The notes below the pieces were generated by a model. That model searched no databases, was not told where the DNA came from, and saw only the letters and a program-made list of their open reading frames with translations. From Candidatus Omnitrophota bacterium (GTDB lineage: Bacteria; Omnitrophota; Gorgyraeia; Zapsychrales; Fredricksoniimonadaceae): a stretch of 64,000 nt of DNA. The first letter of the stretch is position 1; the number at the start of each line of letters is the position of its first letter. Of the stretch, positions 9,319 to 18,233 are shown piece after piece. The position numbers were made by a program, and so were the translations under genes. The stretch is taken from NCBI GenBank assembly GCA_015233675.1, contig JADFXH010000002.1:206794-270793 (forward strand), given 5' to 3'.

Positions 9319-9495
9319 GGTCATGAACATAGCATTATTACCTTCCACACGGAATATTTTCGCCGTCTGCTTCGGTTTACAACAAAAATGTTCTAAAGGT
9401 TCTCTTCATTTGGAACATTTTTGTTGTAAAGCCTTGCAGACATTTGGCGAAAAATTCCTGAATGTGTGGAAGGTAATAATGCTATGCTCATGACC
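9319..9495. repeat. Long near-perfect hairpin element, copy 1 (32-bp outer stem, 5-nt bulge TGAAT, conserved ~110-nt inner hairpin)
   Basis: Left arm GGTCATGAACATAGCATTATTACCTTCCACAC (9319-9350) pairs with 9464-9495 with one mismatch. The inner core 9351-9458 is itself a hairpin and is ~90% identical to the reverse complement of 24741-24848. Confidence 0.85.
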
Positions 9496-9652
9496 AAGCA
9501 ATTCTATAGATTACCTAAAAATCTATGATGATTGCCTGCGTCGGTAATGGATAAATTCGTTGCTTCGAAGCGACTTGTCATTTTTAGTCAAAAGTTCATT
9601 GTTGTTTCGGGAATCCCGAGCCGCAGGGCGAGGGATGGCTGAACTTGTTTGA

Positions 9653-9680
9653 GCCAACAGCTTCGAGAGAAGCTGTTGGC
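9653..9680. other. Perfect 12-bp stem / GAGA-loop hairpin in a repeat-rich intergenic region
   Basis: GCCAACAGCTTC-GAGA-GAAGCTGTTGGC read directly. Flanked by partly complementary TGAACTTGTTTGA / GAGTTGTTCA. Confidence 0.6.
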
Positions 9681-9819
9681 GAGTTGTTCAGCCACCGATA
9701 CAACAGAAGAATTTTTGACGTTAAAAAAATGACTTTCAGGAGCGAAAATCCTAAATTCATCCCTTATAATGTCTTCATCATCGTTTGAGTAGAAATCAAC
9801 AGCATTACAGGGACAGACA

Positions 9820-10989
9820 ATGATCCATAACCCTTTCCAACTTATCCTTGTCCTTTTGGCGGTAGAATTCAGCATTTTGTTTTTAGCCGGTAATCCCCGT
9901 TCCAAAGGTTTGTTCAAATTTCTGCCTTCAATGTTCTGGATTTATTTTCTTCCCATGGTTTTATCCACGTGCGGCATTATTGACGCTAAAAGTCCGTTAT
10001 ATCAGGGTATTACAAGATGTCTTTTGCCTCCGGCGCTTTTTTTGCTGTTGTTAAATGTGGACATTAAAGCCATTTCACGCCTGGGACCTTCTGCGCTCGT
10101 GATGTTTTTTGCCGGTTCATTGGGTATTATGTTAGGCATGGTCATCAGTTTTGTCATTTTTAAACCTTTGATTGGCCCGCAATTCTGGGCAGGCTTCGGC
10201 GCTTTGTCCGCTTCGTGGACCGGAGGCAGTGCCAACATGGTCGCGGTCAAAGAAGCCTTGAATACGCCTGACTCTGTTTTCTTACCCATGGTCATTGTGG
10301 ACACCATCGTGCCCTATGTGTGGATGGGTATCTTAGTAACATTGGCCGCGCGGCAAAAAGATTTTGACTGCTGGAACCTATCTGACCGGCGGATTTTAGA
10401 TGATTTAGCCCAATCGTCCAAAAGTTTCTCCCAACAAAAGAAACTGCCCATACATCCGGCCATGACGATTTTGATCATAGGACTGGCCTTGGGCGTAGGC
10501 CGGGCATGCCAGGCCGCATCTGCTTATTTGCCAACGGGAAAAGACGCTCTTTCACCTTACGCCTGGACCATTATTCTGGTTTCTGCCAGTGCCATAATCC
10601 TGTCCACGACACCGATAAGCCGGCTCCCTGACACAGGTGCCGAGAAGTTCGGCAAATGGATTTTATATTTTGTGCTGACGTCTATCGGTGCCCGTGCCAG
10701 TTTGAACAATGCTTCTCAGGTAGGTGTTTTAATCGCGGCAGGTGTCGTGGTGATTTTTGTTCATGCGGTAATATTGATTGTGACCGCCCGTCTGATTCGG
10801 GCACCGTTATTTTTAGTCGCCACTGCTTCTTTAGCCAATATCGCGGGATTAGTTTCCGCGCCTGTGGTTGCGGAGCTTTACCAGCCGGGACTTGCATCCG
10901 TAGGATTGCTTTTGGCCATTTTGGGACATAGCATCGGTGCCTATAATGGGATTATTACAGGCCAAATTTGCCGTTTGTTTATTCATTAG
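9820..10989 (+). CDS. Polytopic membrane protein, DUF819-like
   Basis: 389 aa, about 10-12 hydrophobic spans. The SWTGGSANMVAV motif is remembered from DUF819 proteins. Confidence 0.55.
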   Translation: MIHNPFQLILVLLAVEFSILFLAGNPRSKGLFKFLPSMFWIYFLPMVLSTCGIIDAKSPLYQGITRCLLPPALFLLLLNVDIKAISRLGPSALVMFFAGSLGIMLGMVISFVIFKPLIGPQFWAGFGALSASWTGGSANMVAVKEALNTPDSVFLPMVIVDTIVPYVWMGILVTLAARQKDFDCWNLSDRRILDDLAQSSKSFSQQKKLPIHPAMTILIIGLALGVGRACQAASAYLPTGKDALSPYAWTIILVSASAIILSTTPISRLPDTGAEKFGKWILYFVLTSIGARASLNNASQVGVLIAAGVVVIFVHAVILIVTARLIRAPLFLVATASLANIAGLVSAPVVAELYQPGLASVGLLLAILGHSIGAYNGIITGQICRLFIH

Positions 10990-11126
10990 GCACAAGCCTT
11001 TATGGAAGCGATTGAAGCGATAATATTTGATATATATTCACAATAAATATATAATAAATACACAATTTCCCAAAGAACCGGTATTGGGATTTTTTATTGT
11101 CAAGATGTTTAAGAAAGGATCTTGTT

Positions 11127-11447
11127 ATGGGTGCGTTACATTTGAATGAAAAGAATTTTGAGGATGAGGTGCTGAAATCACCACTTCCAGTTTTAGTAGA
11201 TTTTTGGGCTGAATGGTGCGGCCCCTGTAAAATGATAGGGCCTATTATTGACCAATTATCGGATGAATTGCAGGGCAAAATAAAAATAGCTAAGGTCAAT
11301 GTGGACGAGTCTGCTCAACTGGCCGGCCAATTTAATGTGATGTCTATACCGACGCTGTTGATCTTTAAAGGCGGGCAACCTGTGGAACAGATCGTGGGAG
11401 CCATGCCTAAAGACAGGTTATTGGCTAAAATTAACCCTCATTTATAA
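11127..11447 (+). CDS. trxA: Thioredoxin
   Basis: WAEWCGPCK active site, ~106 aa. ATG at 11127 preceded by AAAGGA. Confidence 0.93.
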   Translation: MGALHLNEKNFEDEVLKSPLPVLVDFWAEWCGPCKMIGPIIDQLSDELQGKIKIAKVNVDESAQLAGQFNVMSIPTLLIFKGGQPVEQIVGAMPKDRLLAKINPHL

Positions 11448-11504
11448 AAAATTGCTTTGCCCTACAAAGTAGGGCCCGCAATGAGGTTGAATACGGGAGC
11501 TGAT

Positions 11505-11858
11505 ATGCTTATTGAAGTGTTGAAATCTAAAATAGGGCATGCCACCATCACTCAGGCTGAGTTGAAGTATGAGGGCAGTATTACTATTGATACTGACATC
11601 CTTAAGGCAGTTGGTATTATTCCCGGGGAAAAAGTGCATGTATTAAACGAGAATACCGGCAGCCGTCTGGAGACTTATGTGATTGCGGGTAATCCTGGCT
11701 CATGCGTTATTTGTCTTAACGGGCCATCGGCGCGTCTTGGTTTTGTTGGGGATAGGTTGATTATTTTAAGTTATGCCTTCATGGAGGTCGCGGATGCCCG
11801 TCGCTTGCAACCTAAAATCGCTTATCTTGATTCCGGGAACAAAATAAAGAAGTCTTAA
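11505..11858 (+). CDS. panD: Aspartate 1-decarboxylase
   Basis: MLIEVLKSKIGHATITQAELKYEGSITIDTDILKAVGIIPGEKVHVLNENTGSRLETYVI. Carries the G-S self-cleavage site context (YEGSITID). Confidence 0.92.
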   Translation: MLIEVLKSKIGHATITQAELKYEGSITIDTDILKAVGIIPGEKVHVLNENTGSRLETYVIAGNPGSCVICLNGPSARLGFVGDRLIILSYAFMEVADARRLQPKIAYLDSGNKIKKS

Positions 11859-11921
11859 TAAATAAACTCCTGCTTTTGCGGGAATGACAATTTATTTTAT
11901 GAATTGAAACATGGGGTATAT

Positions 11922-12458
11922 ATGGAATTTGGCCCTTTAAAAATCAGGACTTATGGTGACCCTTGCCTGGAAGTAAAATCCAAGACAATCAAGGAGGTCG
12001 GCCCGGTTGAACGTATGTTGATCGCGGCTATGTTCGAAACGATGGCCGCCTGCAAAGGAGTTGGTTTAGCCGCTAACCAAGTGGGCATCAATGAGCAGAT
12101 CTTTGTAGTGGACACGGGAAAAGAAGCTTTCGTAGCCATCAATCCTAAAATTTTGAGGACCTCTGGCAGTGATGTCATGGAAGAAGGGTGCTTGAGCGTT
12201 CCCCGAGTACTGGTGGATGTCAAACGCCCTAAGACCATTTGGGTGGAATTTACCGATCAGGAAAATCGTAGGATACGAGCCGAATTAACTGGGCTTGTGG
12301 CCAGGGTATATCAACATGAATATGATCATTTGCAGGGGAAATTGATTCTGGATTATCTGGCTCCTAAAGACCGGTCAAAAATTTTGACAATGATGAAAAA
12401 AGGTTGTTACACCGGTAATGTTTTAGAAGACGGCGATGATAATAAAAAAAGAATTTGA
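11922..12458 (+). CDS. def: Peptide deformylase
   Basis: The three deformylase motifs are present: GVGLAANQVG, EGCLSVP, QHEYDHLQG. Confidence 0.93.
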   Translation: MEFGPLKIRTYGDPCLEVKSKTIKEVGPVERMLIAAMFETMAACKGVGLAANQVGINEQIFVVDTGKEAFVAINPKILRTSGSDVMEEGCLSVPRVLVDVKRPKTIWVEFTDQENRRIRAELTGLVARVYQHEYDHLQGKLILDYLAPKDRSKILTMMKKGCYTGNVLEDGDDNKKRI

Positions 12459-13374
12459 TTCAGGTTTGGCAAAGTTGCCAAGCTGGTTTAAGCAGGAAAT
12501 TCCGGACATGAATAAGGTCCGGATTATGAAAGTTTTTTTTAGAGAAAAACGTCTACACACGGTTTGTGAAAGCGCTAATTGCCCTAATATGGGCGCCTGT
12601 TGGAAAGAGGGGGTTGCGACTTTCATGATTTTAGGAGGGACGTGTACGCGGGCATGCCGTTTTTGTGCGGTGCCTGCCGGACGCCCGGATTTGATTGACA
12701 ATCAAGAGCCTCAAAAGGTGGCCTTAGCTGTCAAACAATTAGGCCTGCGTTATGTGGTGGTGACTTCGGTTGCGCGTGATGATATTCAAAATCAAGGGGC
12801 CCTTGAGTTTGCCAATACGATCAGGGCCATTCGACATCTCACCCCGCAGGTTAAAATTGAAGTTTTGATACCGGATTTTTCTGCTAAAGAAGAGTCCTTG
12901 AATATATTAAGCGAAGCTGCGCCAGATGTGATCAGTCACAATATCGAAACTGTCAGGCGTCTGGCTCCCTATATTCGTCCGCAGGCCTTGCATGATCGTT
13001 CTTTAGAGGTATTACGCCGTTTTCGTGAGCTCAATGCAAATGTTTTTATTAAATCATCGTTGATGGTCGGCATCGGAGAGTCTGATAAGGAAATTATTGA
13101 AGTCATGGGAGAACTGCGAGAAACCGGCTGTCAGATATTAACTATCGGGCAATACCTGGCGCCTACCAGGGGCAAACGCCACCTGCCTGTTGAACGTTTT
13201 TTAAGCCCTGAAGAATTTGAATATTATCGTCAAAAGGGTTTGGAGATGGGTTTTGTTTATGTTGAAAGCGGGCCTTTGGTGCGCAGTTCTTATATTGCCG
13301 AACAGGGTTACCAGGCGGCCTTTAAAAACGTTGAAACAATCCACCGCAAGAGTGCGATGAGACAGGGAGTTTGA
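12436..13374 (+). CDS. lipA: Lipoyl synthase
   Basis: Both cluster motifs are present: CESANCPNMGAC and the radical-SAM CTRACRFC. Confidence 0.93.
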   Translation: MIIKKEFDSGLAKLPSWFKQEIPDMNKVRIMKVFFREKRLHTVCESANCPNMGACWKEGVATFMILGGTCTRACRFCAVPAGRPDLIDNQEPQKVALAVKQLGLRYVVVTSVARDDIQNQGALEFANTIRAIRHLTPQVKIEVLIPDFSAKEESLNILSEAAPDVISHNIETVRRLAPYIRPQALHDRSLEVLRRFRELNANVFIKSSLMVGIGESDKEIIEVMGELRETGCQILTIGQYLAPTRGKRHLPVERFLSPEEFEYYRQKGLEMGFVYVESGPLVRSSYIAEQGYQAAFKNVETIHRKSAMRQGV

Positions 13375-13378
13375 TTTG

Positions 13379-14371
13379 ATGACACCAAGATTGAAGAATA
13401 TTTTTTCTACTTTGCTTCCTTGTTTTTTAAGTTTTGCTTTATTGGCATGGATTTTTATTACTATTGATTATAAGCATATATGGCAAGCTGTTAAAGGGTC
13501 AGATATGCGCTATATGAGTGCCGCAGGTTTTATTTTTTTTATGATTAATTTTTTGTTAATTTGGCGATGGCGGATTCTGATGAAAGCCGTTGGGTTGAAG
13601 GCCGGAAGTCTTTCCAGCATGCGTTGGTTTTTTATAGGACTTTTTTGCAACCTTGCGCCGATTTCATCTGTCGGAAGTGATGTGATCAGGGGGCTTGGGT
13701 TGGCTCAAGAAGTCGGACATAAACCCAAAATATTCGCTTCTATTGTTCTGGATCGCTTAAGCGGATTTGCAGGAATAGTTATCCTGGCGGCAGCAGCTTT
13801 TTTTTTAGGTCACGGTATCATCCAGAATAAATTAGTCATTTTAGCGATCGCGTCTTTAAGCATTGTTTCAGGGATGTTTGTGGTAGTGCTTTTTAGCCAT
13901 CGGATTTTTTCTTTTACCTGTAAGGCCTTTGAGGCATGGCCGAAGTTTAAAGAAAATCTGATGAGATTGCATTATGATATTGTCCTCTTGAAAGGCAAGC
14001 AAAAAAAGGGATGGGAGGCCATTATTATTTCTATTTTTGCACAGGTTGTTTTGGCTCTAGAGTTTTACCTGTCGGCCCAAGGCATGCATCAAAATATTCC
14101 TTTGGTTTATTTTATTATTTTTTCGCCCATTGTCTGTGTCGTGACAGCCTTGCCTTCCATCGGAGGGCTGGGGTTTAGGGAAATCGGCTGGGTTTATTTA
14201 CTTCCTTTGGTGGGAGTGCCTAAAGAGATGGCAGGGGGTTTAAGTCTTATTAATTCTGCTTTTACGATCATAGCCGGACTATTAGGCGGATTATTTTATG
14301 TCACTACATTATCTTCTGGACGGATACAATGTCCTCAAACAGATTCCGGCCTTCAGAGATCTTCCGCTTGA
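13379..14371 (+). CDS. Flippase-like / UPF0104 (lysyl-PG synthase TM-region family) membrane protein
   Basis: 331 aa, about 8 hydrophobic spans. N-terminal pattern (KHIWQAVKGSDMRYM..FLLIWRWRILM) is typical of this family. Confidence 0.5.
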   Translation: MTPRLKNIFSTLLPCFLSFALLAWIFITIDYKHIWQAVKGSDMRYMSAAGFIFFMINFLLIWRWRILMKAVGLKAGSLSSMRWFFIGLFCNLAPISSVGSDVIRGLGLAQEVGHKPKIFASIVLDRLSGFAGIVILAAAAFFLGHGIIQNKLVILAIASLSIVSGMFVVVLFSHRIFSFTCKAFEAWPKFKENLMRLHYDIVLLKGKQKKGWEAIIISIFAQVVLALEFYLSAQGMHQNIPLVYFIIFSPIVCVVTALPSIGGLGFREIGWVYLLPLVGVPKEMAGGLSLINSAFTIIAGLLGGLFYVTTLSSGRIQCPQTDSGLQRSSA

Positions 14372-14777
14372 AGAAGGCCGCAGGGGGCTTTTGAGGTGGA
14401 TTGATATTACACGTCCCCAGGGAAGCGTAAATAATCAGGTGACCGTGGTCTTTGACGGGCATCCGGATTATTTCAGCGCTTCCCCTCATGGAGAGATCCG
14501 GGTGATTTTTTCGGATGGATGTTCAGCAGATGATACGATCAAGCTCATGGTGGAAGAGGATGCGTATAAAAAAAGTTGTGTGGTTGTTTCTGATGACAAA
14601 GACATTTTCTTATACGCGCGTTCGCTGGGAGCTAAGGTCATGAGTGTCGCCGCGTTTACATCTAAAACCGAAACTTTCTCTGCGCGCCAGGATGCCGGCG
14701 GCAAATATATTTCTTTAAGCAGCCAAGAGAAGATTAACAAAGAGCTTAGGTCTTTTTGGCTGAAAGAAGAGCAATGA
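14298..14777 (+). CDS. NYN-domain ribonuclease-like protein (YacP/Rae1-like)
   Basis: N-terminus MSLHYLLDGYNVLKQIP.., later VVFDG and SADDTIK motifs. 159 aa. Confidence 0.65.
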   Translation: MSLHYLLDGYNVLKQIPAFRDLPLEEGRRGLLRWIDITRPQGSVNNQVTVVFDGHPDYFSASPHGEIRVIFSDGCSADDTIKLMVEEDAYKKSCVVVSDDKDIFLYARSLGAKVMSVAAFTSKTETFSARQDAGGKYISLSSQEKINKELRSFWLKEEQ

Positions 14778-15547
14778 TTCCCCGTTTGTTGAAGAATACT
14801 TTAGGACATCTGCGCAGTATCGGTGAGGCTATTTTCTTTTTAGGGGATATCATATCCTTGATTTTCCGCGGCCGGATCCGGTGGGATGATGTCTTAAACC
14901 AAATGTACGAGCAGGGCGTTCAGTCGATTGTGGTTGTGATGTTGACATCATTTGCGACAGGCACGGTGTTGGGTTTGCAGGGATTTATCACCTTGCAGCG
15001 TTTTGGTGCCAAGGAATTTGTTGCCCGTCTTGTGGTGCTTTCTTTGCTGCGGGAGATGAGCCCCGTGTTTACTGCGTTGATTTTTTCCGGTAAGGCAGGA
15101 GCGGGGATAACTGCGGAATTAGGTACGATGAATACGCAGGACCAGATTCAGGCCACAAGGGCTATGGGAGTTGATCCCGTAGTATTTTTGGTAGTGCCGC
15201 GTTTTTTGGCATGCGTACTGGTATTGCCGGCGCTGGTGATCATTTCTGAAATTCTTGGGATGTTAGGCGGATATATGATTGCAATCAGCCAGGCGCATTT
15301 GCCGGGGGCTTTTTATATTCATGAGACAATGCAAGCGGTGGGGTACGTAGATTTTTTCAGCGGGTTTATTAAGGTTGTTTTCTTTGCTATTATCGTAGGT
15401 TGGATTTGTTGTTACCAGGGGTTTTTTACCCAGGGTGGGGCTACAGGTGTCGGGCGGTTTACCACGAAGGCGGTGGCATATTCTTATATTGCGGTGATTT
15501 TATCCAATGCGGTTTTGACCAAAATTATTTTAACATTCTGGGGGTAA
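14774..15547 (+). CDS. mlaE: MlaE-family ABC transporter permease
   Basis: Conserved MlaE segments GVQSIVVVMLTSFATGTVLGLQG, REMSPVFTALIFSGKAGAGITAELGTM. ATG 14774 overlaps the upstream stop (ATGA). Confidence 0.85.
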   Translation: MIPRLLKNTLGHLRSIGEAIFFLGDIISLIFRGRIRWDDVLNQMYEQGVQSIVVVMLTSFATGTVLGLQGFITLQRFGAKEFVARLVVLSLLREMSPVFTALIFSGKAGAGITAELGTMNTQDQIQATRAMGVDPVVFLVVPRFLACVLVLPALVIISEILGMLGGYMIAISQAHLPGAFYIHETMQAVGYVDFFSGFIKVVFFAIIVGWICCYQGFFTQGGATGVGRFTTKAVAYSYIAVILSNAVLTKIILTFWG

Positions 15548-15550
15548 TTT

Positions 15551-15901
15551 ATGAAAACTAAGCGCGGGACATTGGTCTATGGCCTGTGGTTGGTGCTTAC
15601 ATTTTTCTGGGGCGGATGCGCGTCTATAAGTCCTGGAAATGACGGGCAAGTACAAAGTTATCCCTCTCCGGTCATTGAGGCTGGATGGATACGCGATGGC
15701 AAGCCGATCGAATACAACGGTTCTAAATGGTATCCGGTCAATGATTATGAGATCTTGCAAGATTCGGAAGTTTATCAGATCACGGAATATAAGGGCATAC
15801 AGATTTTTGTGGAGAAAATAGCCACCAAACCGTATGAACGCCTTTATACGAAATTTGAAAAAAATAAATTCCGTTATTTTGAGCGTCGGGCTGATGATTA
15901 A
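15551..15901 (+). CDS. Small lipoprotein, unknown function, embedded in the Mla operon
   Basis: Lipobox-like TFFWGGCAS. 116 aa. Packed tightly between mlaE and mlaF. Confidence 0.5.
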   Translation: MKTKRGTLVYGLWLVLTFFWGGCASISPGNDGQVQSYPSPVIEAGWIRDGKPIEYNGSKWYPVNDYEILQDSEVYQITEYKGIQIFVEKIATKPYERLYTKFEKNKFRYFERRADD

Positions 15902-16622
15902 AGTCGAAGGTTTATATAAGGAATTAGGAGGGCAGCCTGTACTAGAAGATATTTCCTTCGATATAGGCACAGGAGAGATTATCGCTGTGCTGGGTTTAAG
16001 CGGGGCCGGTAAAACGGTTCTGTTAAAGCATTTGATCGGGTTGTTCCGTCCTGATAAAGGACGGGTTGTCATAGACGGGGTAGACATTGACTCTTTAAGT
16101 GAAGATCAATTATTGAAAGTGCGATGCAATATGGGCTATTTGTTTCAGGAAGGGGCGTTATACGATTTTATGGATGTTTTCGACAATGTGGCCTTTCCTT
16201 TACGTGAACATACCAAGCTAACGGGTGCCGAAGTAGCTTCGCGAGTGCGTGAGGTTCTAAAATTGGTAGATCTGGATGGAATTGAATCAAAATTTCCCGG
16301 TGAACTAAGCGGCGGTATGAAAAAACGGGTGGGGTTGGCGCGGGCCATTGTGCTTGGGGCCAAGGTCCTGTTATGCGATGAGCCCACATCAGGGCTGGAC
16401 CCTATTCGCAGCCATGATATATCTGATTTGATCCGGCATGTCTCTCAACAGATAGGATCAACCACGGTGATGACTTCACATGATGTAAACAACTCTTTTC
16501 GTATTGCTACGAGGATCATCATTATCAATGAATGCCGGATCGCTGCCATTGGAACAGCCGAGCAATTAAAAGGTTCGCAGGTGCCTTTTGTTAGGGAATT
16601 TCTGCAGGCGACAACTGCTTAA
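15894..16622 (+). CDS. mlaF: MlaF-like ABC transporter ATP-binding protein
   Basis: Walker A GLSGAGKT, signature LSGGMKKRVGLA, Walker B LLCDEPTSGLD. ATG 15894 gives MIKVEGLYKE. Confidence 0.88.
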   Translation: MIKVEGLYKELGGQPVLEDISFDIGTGEIIAVLGLSGAGKTVLLKHLIGLFRPDKGRVVIDGVDIDSLSEDQLLKVRCNMGYLFQEGALYDFMDVFDNVAFPLREHTKLTGAEVASRVREVLKLVDLDGIESKFPGELSGGMKKRVGLARAIVLGAKVLLCDEPTSGLDPIRSHDISDLIRHVSQQIGSTTVMTSHDVNNSFRIATRIIIINECRIAAIGTAEQLKGSQVPFVREFLQATTA

Positions 16623-16663
16623 GTGGCAAGCCCCGCATTAAAGCATGGGGACCAGGGAGGTTT

Positions 16664-17260
16664 ATGGAGAACAACGGCGGAAATTTTAAACGGATAGCGG
16701 CAGGGTTATTTTTTATTGCATGTTTGGCCATGATTGTAGTCAGCATATTTATTATCGGAATTGATCGCGGATTGACAGAGCCTAAATTTCAAGTCATTGT
16801 CCTTTTTAATCAGGTGGGGGGGCTGGTTGAAGGAGCTCCTATTCGTATTTCCGGGGTTGATGTGGGTGTTGTCGGCGCTGTTGATTTCCTGACCCAGCCC
16901 ATAGAGGGACGCAGCCTTAAGGTGCGTCTGGATATTTTTAAGAAATATGAATTTGAATTTCGTAAATGCTCTAAAATAAGCATCAGGACCGAGGGAGTTT
17001 TAGGGCAGAGGCTTATTGAGATCAGCGAGGACCATTCTTTGAAGGTGTTTGATCCAACTGCTGTGATCATTGGCGCGGACCCTCTCGATGTGGAGGACAT
17101 GACTGCGGTCATTACAAGCACAGCGGTTTCCCTGCAAGCGGCCAGTCAGGGGGTCCAGGATGTGCTTCACGAGTGGAAATACATTTCTATTAAAACTAAA
17201 AAGCTTCTTAACCGGGTTGATGAAAAATTGTTGGAAGGTAATTTATTCAAAGTTTTCTAG
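16664..17260 (+). CDS. mlaD: MlaD-like MCE-domain protein
   Basis: N-terminal TM followed by the MCE core VGGLVEGAPIRISGVDVGVVGAVDF. Confidence 0.8.
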   Translation: MENNGGNFKRIAAGLFFIACLAMIVVSIFIIGIDRGLTEPKFQVIVLFNQVGGLVEGAPIRISGVDVGVVGAVDFLTQPIEGRSLKVRLDIFKKYEFEFRKCSKISIRTEGVLGQRLIEISEDHSLKVFDPTAVIIGADPLDVEDMTAVITSTAVSLQAASQGVQDVLHEWKYISIKTKKLLNRVDEKLLEGNLFKVF

Positions 17261-17281
17261 ATTCTAAAGGAGAGAGATTTT

Positions 17282-17575
17282 ATGTTTGTTTTAGGAAATT
17301 TCGTAGATGCGTTGGCTTCTTTAGTCAGTATTCTTTTGACTATTATGTACTGGCTGATCTTGATCCGTGCTCTGTTAAGCTGGGTCAATCCTGATCCGTT
17401 TAATCCTTTGGTCCAATTCTTGATGCGCACGACTGAGCCGGTTTTGGAGCCGGTGCGTCGTCTGCTGCCGCCTTTACCGCTTGATATTTCGCCTATTATT
17501 GTTTTTTTTATTATTATTTTTTTGCAGAAATTCTTGGTGAACAGTTTGTATGATTTGGCAATGAGATTACACTAA
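17282..17575 (+). CDS. yggT: YggT family membrane protein
   Basis: 97 aa. LIRALLSWVNPDPFNPLVQFLMRTTEPVLEPVRRLLP is typical of YggT. Confidence 0.8.
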   Translation: MFVLGNFVDALASLVSILLTIMYWLILIRALLSWVNPDPFNPLVQFLMRTTEPVLEPVRRLLPPLPLDISPIIVFFIIIFLQKFLVNSLYDLAMRLH

Positions 17576-17678
17576 GCGCGGCACGCGCAGCGAATCTTTC
17601 TTGCCAAAAGTCAAAAGTTAAGGTATAAAGTACTTTCTTTAATCTTTATATTATCTATTATTTTTTTTAGGAGAGTTC

Positions 17679-17975
17679 ATGTTAGATCAAGTCAAAAAGT
17701 TGATGGAAATGAAAAAGCAGGCTGACATTCTTAAAAAAGAGCTGGAGGCCACTATCATCGAGGTCCAGGAGACCCGTGGCATCAAAGTGGTGGTTAACGG
17801 AGCACAGATATTTCAGTCCATTGATATCGAAGAGGGGCTCTTGACTGCCGGCAATAAGAATCGTATTCAAATGGACCTTTTAAGGAGCATGAATACTGCC
17901 GTTAAACGTTCTCAACAGGCGGCGGCCAATAAAATGAAGAATATGCCCGGATTTAATTTGCCGGGCCTGTCGTGA
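17679..17975 (+). CDS. ybaB: YbaB/EbfC nucleoid-associated protein
   Basis: 98 aa. KKLMEMKKQADILKKELEATIIEV..GIKVVVNGAQIFQSIDIEEGLL pattern. Confidence 0.8.
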   Translation: MLDQVKKLMEMKKQADILKKELEATIIEVQETRGIKVVVNGAQIFQSIDIEEGLLTAGNKNRIQMDLLRSMNTAVKRSQQAAANKMKNMPGFNLPGLS

Positions 17976-18001
17976 TTTTAACTTAAAGAAAGGACAAGCA
18001 T

Positions 18002-18232
18002 ATGCCTTACGATCAAACATTAGATGTGTCTTCATTCAAAGAGGTAATCGATTTTCAGAATACCCGTATCAGCGTTGGGGTTTATTCTTATAACGGGGCC
18101 CCTAAGAAATTACAGGTCACCCGTGAGAACCAGATCGACGGGCAGTGGAGTTTTACCAAATTAGGCCGTATGAGCAAAGAAGAAGCACAAGGGGTGGTCC
18201 CTATCATGATCAAGGCCATCGAGGCGATGTAA
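18002..18232 (+). CDS. Small PC4/YdbC-like ssDNA-binding-fold protein (tentative)
   Basis: 76 aa. VYSYNGAPKKLQVTR...WSFTKLGRMSKEEA resembles the YdbC pattern (sWN..pKyDiR.W...gKGitLs.eE). Confidence 0.4.
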   Translation: MPYDQTLDVSSFKEVIDFQNTRISVGVYSYNGAPKKLQVTRENQIDGQWSFTKLGRMSKEEAQGVVPIMIKAIEAM

Positions 18233-18233
18233 T

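Noticed and set aside
9305-9493. 62-aa ORF spanning the long hairpin copy 1
   Set aside because: The homologous hairpin copy at 24706-24878 has no equivalent ORF in either orientation. Conservation follows base pairing, not codons.
9588-9917. 109-aa minus-strand ORF upstream of the DUF819 gene
   Set aside because: It overlaps the well-supported start of the 9820 gene by about 100 nt. It is built largely from palindromic-repeat DNA and has no recognisable motif. Kept only as a remote possibility.
14298-14371. 74-nt overlap between the flippase-like gene end and the NYN gene start, considered as a possible frameshift or fusion. Similar overlaps occur at proB/proA (59250-59293) and trbI/trbB (47551-47582).
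   Set aside because: Both partners in each pair have intact family-typical termini. Such overlaps are most simply explained by unconserved C-terminal tails or slightly later true starts. No slippery sequence was noticed.
15530-16087. 185-aa minus-strand ORF
   Set aside because: It is antisense to the mlaE end, the lipoprotein gene and the mlaF start, all of which have clear family motifs. It has no motifs of its own.
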